Positions 32,895 to 37,570 of a stretch of DNA of 37,570 bases are shown in pieces. Under the pieces are notes generated by a model. That model was not told where the DNA came from. It saw nothing but the letters and a program-made list of their open reading frames with translations, and did not search any database. The position numbers and the translations under genes are program-made. Source of the stretch: Minisyncoccota bacterium (GTDB lineage Bacteria; Patescibacteriota; Minisyncoccia; UBA6257; 2-01-FULL-56-20); assembly GCA_035541855.1 (NCBI GenBank), contig DATKMM010000031.1, positions 1 through 37,570 of the forward strand, given 5' to 3'. The stretch's first letter is position 1. Each line of letters opens with the position of its first letter.

Positions 32895-34619
32895 TCAGAA
32901 TAATGTTCCCGAATGCATGAGGAAATGCTCGACGATGGGTCCGAGCGTGAGCGCCGGGAAGAACGTCAAGGCGCCGACGAGAAGCACGACGGCAATGAGG
33001 AGTATCACGAAAATCGGCCCGGTCACCGGGAACGATCCTTGGCCCTGCGGCACCAGTTTCTTCTGCGCGAACGATCCCGCAAGCGCCATGACGGGGATCA
33101 CCGTGATGAATCGTCCGAAGAACATCGCGAGGCCGAGCGTCGTGTCGTACCACATGGCGTTCGCCGTAAGCCCCGCGAAGGCGCTCCCGTTGTTGCCCGT
33201 TGCCGAACTGAAGGCGTACAGGATCTCGCTGAACCCGTGCGGTCCGGCGTTGTTCAATCCCGCGAGCCCCCATTGCGTCGTCGCCGCAAGCGCCGTAAAT
33301 CCGAGGATGGTGAATACGGGCGCGAGCACCGAAAGCATCGCCACTTTTACGTCGTACGCCTCGATTTTTTGGCCGAGATATTCCGGCGTGCGCCCGATCA
33401 TGAGCCCGGCGATGAACACCGCAAGGATCGCGAAAACAATGATGCCGTAGAGCCCCGATCCTACGCCGCCAAAAATTACCTCGCCAAGCTGCATGTTCAC
33501 GAGCGGCACGATGCCGCCAAGCGGCGTGAACGAATCGTGCATCGAGTTCACCGCCCCGTTCGACGCGTCGGTGGTAAGCGTCGCGAAAAGCGACGAGTTG
33601 AAAATGCCGAACCGGACCTCCTTGCCTTCCATGTTTCCATCCTGAGCCGCGACTCCCAATTGCTGGTGGATAGGATTGCCCGCTTGCTCATAATGGTACG
33701 CAACAAAAAATCCGACGAGGAACACGGCCAGCATCGCCGCCCAGATCGCCCAGCCGTGCCGCTGGTTCTTCACCATGCGGCCGTAATAGTATGTGAGCGC
33801 GCTCGAGATGCCGATGATGCCGAGCATCTCGAGGAAATTCGCAAGCCCATTCGGATTTTCATATGGGGTGGCGGAGTTGGCATTCAGGTAACCGCCGCCG
33901 TTCGTCCCGATCATCTTGATGGCCTCCTGCGACGCGATCGGCCCTTGCGGGATCGATTGCGTGCTTGCAGCGCTTGTCGGTTGCACGACATTCGCCGTCG
34001 TGTACGGATGGAAGTTCTGCGGAATGCCCTGCGCGACAAGGACGACGGCGAACACGAATGCGATCGGGAGCAGGAGATAATACGTCGTGCGGGTAAGATC
34101 GGTCCAGAAATTGCCGATCGTCGTCGCCGTGTGCCGCGCAATGCCGCGCACCAGGGCCGCCGCGAGCGCAATGCCGGTCGCCGCCGACACGAAGTTATGG
34201 ATCACGAGCGCGACCATCTGCGAGAAATACGACATCGTCGCTTCTCCGGCATAGCTCTGCCAGTTCGTGTTCGTCGTGAAGCTCACCGCGGTATTGAACG
34301 CGAGATGCGGACTCAGGTTCGGTAATCCCTGCGGATTGAGCGGAAGCCATTGCTGGATACGCAGGATGATGTAAGTGAAGAAGAGGCTTACCGCGCTGAA
34401 AAGCAACATGGCAACCGTATACTGCTTCCAGTTCTGTTCTTTGCGCGGATCGATGCCGAACAGCCGGTACGTCGACCGCTCGAGCGGCTTCATAAGCCGG
34501 TCGAGAAACGTCTTGCCGTCCGGATCAAGCACGCGCACCAAGTACGCGCCAAGATATCTCGTGATCACAACGATTACCGCGATATAGATGCCGAGTTGGA
34601 GCCAGTCGATAAGGGGCAT
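32895..34619 (-). CDS. kdpA: potassium-transporting ATPase subunit A
   Basis: 574-aa polytopic protein with the KdpA channel-like repeats (TNTNWQSY, GTNGGGY, SNGAVNS). Confidence 0.9.
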   Translation of the reverse strand: MPLIDWLQLGIYIAVIVVITRYLGAYLVRVLDPDGKTFLDRLMKPLERSTYRLFGIDPRKEQNWKQYTVAMLLFSAVSLFFTYIILRIQQWLPLNPQGLPNLSPHLAFNTAVSFTTNTNWQSYAGEATMSYFSQMVALVIHNFVSAATGIALAAALVRGIARHTATTIGNFWTDLTRTTYYLLLPIAFVFAVVLVAQGIPQNFHPYTTANVVQPTSAASTQSIPQGPIASQEAIKMIGTNGGGYLNANSATPYENPNGLANFLEMLGIIGISSALTYYYGRMVKNQRHGWAIWAAMLAVFLVGFFVAYHYEQAGNPIHQQLGVAAQDGNMEGKEVRFGIFNSSLFATLTTDASNGAVNSMHDSFTPLGGIVPLVNMQLGEVIFGGVGSGLYGIIVFAILAVFIAGLMIGRTPEYLGQKIEAYDVKVAMLSVLAPVFTILGFTALAATTQWGLAGLNNAGPHGFSEILYAFSSATGNNGSAFAGLTANAMWYDTTLGLAMFFGRFITVIPVMALAGSFAQKKLVPQGQGSFPVTGPIFVILLIAVVLLVGALTFFPALTLGPIVEHFLMHSGTLF

Positions 34620-34625
34620 GGTGGT

Positions 34626-34709
34626 TTAAAAATTTTCCGGACGGATCATCGACCAGAAAAGATACACGATAAGCCCGACCGCGATAATGCCGATAATGAT
34701 GGTGGCCAT
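34626..34709 (-). CDS. kdpF: potassium-transporting ATPase subunit F (27 aa)
   Basis: Hand-translated minus-strand ORF MATIIIGIIAVGLIVYLFWSMIRPENF*, ending 6 nt upstream of the kdpA start. It is a single TM helix with the typical KdpF C-terminal P-E-x-F. It is below the ORF-track size cutoff. Confidence 0.65.
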   Translation of the reverse strand: MATIIIGIIAVGLIVYLFWSMIRPENF

Positions 34710-34717
34710 GAATATGG

Positions 34718-34801
34718 TTAGAGTTTTTCGCAGGCCTTCACATAGAGAAGGCACAGCGCAAAAAACACGACGATGATGGTTATAAAAAATAGGTCTTGCA
34801 T
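34718..34801 (-). CDS. possible additional 27-aa hydrophobic peptide at the head of the kdp operon
   Basis: Hand-translated MQDLFFITIIVVFFALCLLYVKACEKL*; its stop lies 8 nt before the kdpF ATG. There is no SD, and it sits about 10 nt downstream of the predicted transcription start site (TSS). Confidence 0.3.
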   Translation of the reverse strand: MQDLFFITIIVVFFALCLLYVKACEKL

Positions 34802-34816
34802 GTCCGTTCCATGTTC

Positions 34817-34844
34817 AAAATATATCCTCCGGATTTATTGTCAA
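34817..34844 (-). promoter_or_regulatory. sigma70-like promoter candidate for the kdp operon (TTGACA-16 nt-TATTTT)
   Basis: On the minus strand, TTGACA (34844-34839), a 16-nt spacer and TATTTT (34822-34817), within an AT-rich divergent intergenic region. Confidence 0.35.
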
Positions 34845-34914
34845 TGGCTATAATCGTAAAATTTTATTTATATCAAGGGCTTTATGATGCATTTTTAGAT
34901 CGTTGTCATAATCT

Positions 34915-34943
34915 TTGACAGAAAGCCGAAAAGGCCATAGTAT
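34915..34943 (+). promoter_or_regulatory. sigma70-like promoter candidate for the TrmB-like regulator gene (TTGACA-17 nt-TAGTAT)
   Basis: TTGACA at 34915-34920, a 17-nt spacer and TAGTAT at 34938-34943, leaving a leader of roughly 125 nt that contains the palindrome GTCAAaaaTTGAC (34988-35000). Confidence 0.4.
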
Positions 34944-35076
34944 AAAAGCGGAAATAATTTTCGAGATTCATCGGAGCGTTGTTCGGTGTCAAAAATTGAC
35001 GACAAGCTCCGTGATCCGTTGCCGATTGCTTCAAAATGACGCGCAATTTACCTGTGGATAACCCAACGCCAAAATC

Positions 35077-35826
35077 ATGAACTTAGAGGAAATTCTCACT
35101 GAAGTCGGTCTTGATGAGAAAGAGGCAAAAGTATATCTGGCGCTTCTCGATCTTGGCAGTGAAAAGGTGCACGAGATCGCCAAAAAAGCGGGCATCAAGC
35201 GCCCGACGGCGTACGTCATCCTCGAACAGCTCTACGCGAAAAATTTCGCCATCAAAACGCATCACGATCGCCGCGCTTTTTATGCTGCCGAGAAGCCGGA
35301 CATCCTGCTCCGGGCATTAAAGGAAAAAGAAGACCTTCTCGAACAGACATTGCCGCTCCTTCAAGCCAGGATGGCGGCATCAAAGATCAAACCGAAGATC
35401 AGGATCTACGAAGGACGCAACGGCATCGAAAAGGTGTATGACGAAATTTATCAAAGCCCATCGGTTTCCCTTTTCGGCTCGCTCAAAAATCTCTCCGAGG
35501 TATTCGTAGGCCGCGCGGACAAACTGAAAGAAATCATCAAATCGCAGGATATCCATGTCCGCGATCTCCTCACGGAAGATCCGAAGGATCTCGATTTCGG
35601 CTACGCCGCCGTCGGCCGCAATTATGAAGGCCGCGTCGTTCCCAAAGAATTCGACCTCTACATCGATGGTGCAATTTACGAAGATCAGGTCGCGATCCTT
35701 TCTATCAAGAAAGAACTCTTTGCGGTTGTTATTGAGAGCAAAGAGGTTGCAGATACGTTCCGGTCGTTATTCGAACTTGCATGGAAAATGTCGGTGCCGC
35801 TGGAGAAATTTACAAAAAACCATTAA
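35077..35826 (+). CDS. TrmB-family winged-helix transcriptional regulator
   Basis: The N-terminus LGLDEKEAKVYLALLDLGSEKVHEIAKKAGIKRPTAYVILEQL is the TrmB-type HTH. A C-terminal effector-like domain follows. Confidence 0.75.
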   Translation: MNLEEILTEVGLDEKEAKVYLALLDLGSEKVHEIAKKAGIKRPTAYVILEQLYAKNFAIKTHHDRRAFYAAEKPDILLRALKEKEDLLEQTLPLLQARMAASKIKPKIRIYEGRNGIEKVYDEIYQSPSVSLFGSLKNLSEVFVGRADKLKEIIKSQDIHVRDLLTEDPKDLDFGYAAVGRNYEGRVVPKEFDLYIDGAIYEDQVAILSIKKELFAVVIESKEVADTFRSLFELAWKMSVPLEKFTKNH

Positions 35827-35931
35827 GCACAACCGGCATCCCGTGAGAGATCATCAAGAACGATTTGCACCGCAACGCCAGCAGGATATGCGGCTTTGAC
35901 ATCAAACGTCCTAGCGGCAGCGAAATATTAT

Positions 35932-35971
35932 GGCAAAGAAAATCCCCCGCGCGACATCGGTCGCGCGAGGG
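35932..35971 (-). terminator. intrinsic terminator for the small minus-strand ORF
   Basis: Stem CGCGCGAC (35948-35955) pairs with GUCGCGCG (35960-35967), with flanking CCC/GGG extension. On the minus strand it is followed by AUUUUCUUUG. Confidence 0.5.
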
Positions 35972-35976
35972 AGCGC

Positions 35977-36198
35977 TCAGGAAAGATATGCGGCGAACAT
36001 CCGCCCGTAAAACGGCATCCGCAGGCAATAATAATAGTGAACGTATCTCAGCCCGTCCCAGACAAAACCGGGAACATAGTAATCTCCGCCCTTGGCCTCC
36101 AAGGTAGTGGCGAAGAAGCTCGTGATGCCATCCCGGCAGATCGAGGGTACGCACGCCTGGTGCGCCAGGAGTTCCTCCATGATCCTGGCATCGCACAA
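35977..36198 (-). CDS. hypothetical small Tyr/Cys-rich protein (67-73 aa)
   Basis: Third-codon positions are visibly GC-enriched in this frame compared with the overlapping plus frame, and a terminator hairpin lies directly downstream. The track start is TTG (36198); an ATG (MEELLAHQ) lies at 36178-36180. I recognise no family. Confidence 0.4.
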   Translation of the reverse strand: MCDARIMEELLAHQACVPSICRDGITSFFATTLEAKGGDYYVPGFVWDGLRYVHYYYCLRMPFYGRMFAAYLS

Positions 36199-36246
36199 TT
36201 CTTTGAATTTAAAAGAGATTTAATCCCGGCGTGGTACGATAGGTGC

Positions 36247-37173
36247 ATGAAACGATCCTGCTTCGCATCGGCGGCTTTCGCGGTGGTCATTATCCCGGGG
36301 ATCATGGGCACCTCGCTCGACCGGGCATCGGACGGCAAGGAACTGTGGCCGGATATCGGCGAGATGCTCGTGTCGCCGGGCGACCGCTACCTGGATGCCT
36401 TGTCCTTCTCGACGAGCGGCGTCCCGGAAACGGCAGTCGTCCCGGGCGGCGTTATCCGGGAAGAGCTCGACATCCCGTTCTACGGCAACTTGGTAGCGTC
36501 GCTCTGGAATCTCGGCTACGATGAAAGCTCGACCCTGTTCCTCGCGCCGTACGATTGGCGGCAAAGCGTCGCCTCTTCGGCCGCGGCGATCGCCGGCGTC
36601 ATCAGCCGGGCGGCAGCTGCTTCGCCCAGCGGGAAGACGGACGTCATCGCGCACAGCATGGGCGGCCTGGTCCTCGAAGCGTACCTTGCCGCCGCGACCG
36701 GCACGCCACCCATCGGCAAAGCTATCATGGTCGGCGTTCCGCGGTTCGGCGCGCCGGAGGCGTTGAAGATCCTGAACCAGGGCGACGACCTCGGCATCGG
36801 ATTCCTGGGGATAGGTCTGAATGCGGGCGAAATAAAGCAGATCGCGCAGAACATGCCCGGCATCTACGATCTTCTGCCCGCGACCGGCAGCTACTCCGGC
36901 ATCAACCAAAAACTGCTCGCCGACGCCCGGGCGCTCCACGCTTCGCTTGACGCGGAGGCGTTCAACAGCGCGGAAACCTGGAGCATCGCCGGCGGCCGCG
37001 CGCCGACGTTCGACGGCGCGACCGGGGACGGCACCGTCCCCTTCGCAAACGCCTTCATCGCGCCCGACGCGACCCATGCTTACCTCATAGACAGCGCCGC
37101 GACCGGCATCGACCACGCCGGCCTCGTGAGCGACCCGCGCGCCATCGCCGTGATAACCGGGATCCTTCAATAG
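36247..37173 (+). CDS. LCAT/lipase-like alpha/beta hydrolase
   Basis: VVIIPGIMGTSLD is an LCAT-family N-terminal block and DVIAHSMGGLV is a GxSxG nucleophile elbow. I chose the start at ATG 36247 (MKRSCFASAAFAVV). The upstream part of the track ORF (from 35896) overlaps a better-looking minus-strand ORF. Confidence 0.7.
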   Translation: MKRSCFASAAFAVVIIPGIMGTSLDRASDGKELWPDIGEMLVSPGDRYLDALSFSTSGVPETAVVPGGVIREELDIPFYGNLVASLWNLGYDESSTLFLAPYDWRQSVASSAAAIAGVISRAAAASPSGKTDVIAHSMGGLVLEAYLAAATGTPPIGKAIMVGVPRFGAPEALKILNQGDDLGIGFLGIGLNAGEIKQIAQNMPGIYDLLPATGSYSGINQKLLADARALHASLDAEAFNSAETWSIAGGRAPTFDGATGDGTVPFANAFIAPDATHAYLIDSAATGIDHAGLVSDPRAIAVITGILQ

Positions 37174-37179
37174 GATATA

Positions 37180-37545
37180 ATGAGGATATGTAGCGATCCT
37201 GCCAAAACATATATGAAAATACCAACCAACATACCCGGGCAAGGATTCTATTACCACTACAAGCACGACCCGCATGGCACCGTGAACAACTATGCCTACG
37301 AAGTGATCGGCGTCGGGTGCCACACGGAAGACGATTGCCGCACCGAAGACGCGAATCTCGTCGTTTACCGTCCGCTCTATGAATCTTCGGTCTATAAAGT
37401 CGGCAAGCTTTTCGATATCCGCCCCCTCGGGATGTTCATGGAAAACATCGTAAAGGACGGGCAAACCATCCCGCGCTTCCATAAGATCACTGATCCCGCA
37501 ATCATCGCCCAACTCGCGATAATCCAAAAGCAGATGTACAACTAG
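37180..37545 (+). CDS. DUF1653 domain protein
   Basis: FYYHYKHDP...YEVIGVGCHTED...LVVYRPLY...IRPLGMFMENI matches the DUF1653 pattern. AGGA lies 4 nt before the ATG at 37180; an alternative ATG is at 37213. Confidence 0.65.
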   Translation: MRICSDPAKTYMKIPTNIPGQGFYYHYKHDPHGTVNNYAYEVIGVGCHTEDDCRTEDANLVVYRPLYESSVYKVGKLFDIRPLGMFMENIVKDGQTIPRFHKITDPAIIAQLAIIQKQMYN

Positions 37546-37570
37546 GACGTAAGGGTACCTGACACCCTTA

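Noticed and set aside
30789-34325. Long plus-strand ORFs 30789-32690 (633 aa) and 32913-34325 (470 aa)
   Set aside because: They are antisense to kdpB and kdpA, which carry unambiguous P-type ATPase and KdpA motifs. The translations are dominated by Arg/Asp/Glu/His repeats.
34838-35007. Repeated TTGTCA/TTGACA words in the kdp/TrmB-like intergenic region as a multi-site operator array
   Set aside because: Two of the occurrences are adequately explained as -35 hexamers of the divergent promoters. Only the GTCAAaaaTTGAC palindrome (34988-35000) remains as a possible operator, and there is not enough evidence for a separate claim.
35896-36246. N-terminal 117 codons of the track ORF containing the lipase-like gene
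   Set aside because: The family-typical N-terminus (hydrophobic segment followed by PGIMGTSL) begins at the ATG at 36247. The upstream part has weaker third-position GC bias than the overlapping minus-strand ORF, which also has its own terminator.
36220-37527. 435-aa minus-strand ORF
   Set aside because: It is antisense to the LCAT-like hydrolase and DUF1653 genes. It has no motifs and an Arg/Asp/Gly-rich composition.

Overview
Gene-dense, high-GC bacterial chromosomal segment dominated by housekeeping genes. The gene content resembles an uncultivated, reduced-genome lineage such as CPR/Patescibacteria, but that taxonomic guess is inference only. Calls below rest on motif recognition in the supplied translations and on manual folding; no searches were run.

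Left to right:
- A surface-glycan cluster on the minus strand: a partial gene, a SAM methyltransferase, a GDP-mannose 3,5-epimerase-like enzyme, a GT11 fucosyltransferase-like enzyme, a membrane-anchored hypothetical and an O-antigen-ligase-like protein. RNase Y sits at its head, and a plus-strand PheRS gene interrupts it.
- gpmI, small membrane proteins, secG and an orphan family-5 solute-binding protein.
- tRNA-Leu(CAG), RNase J and trpS.
- A minus-strand block of argS, ileS, an IMPase-like gene and a YvcK-like gene.
- smpB, a single-ring Clp/Hsp100-type AAA+ ATPase and tRNA-Arg(CCG).
- A sedolisin-like peptidase plus a permease, then tRNA-Ser(CGA).
- An ICMT-family methyltransferase and a kdpFABC operon with an N-terminal-only KdpD.
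- A TrmB-like regulator, an LCAT-like hydrolase and a DUF1653 protein.

Most unusual observations:
1. Two copies of a roughly 180-195 nt rod-like structured RNA candidate. They share a nearly identical 71-nt core, have unrelated but self-complementary closing helices, and each sits directly upstream of a plus-strand gene.
2. An IleRS carrying a roughly 205-aa histidine-phosphatase (PGAM-type, RHG motif) domain inserted inside its zinc knuckle.
3. A mitochondrial-type single-chain PheRS, with the alpha catalytic core fused to an FDX-ACB domain.
4. Twin long terminator hairpins with unrelated stems but an identical 19-nt apical sequence.
5. An IMPase homolog in which all three metal-binding Asp residues are Asn.

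Many long ORFs in the track are antisense artefacts of the high GC content and were rejected.
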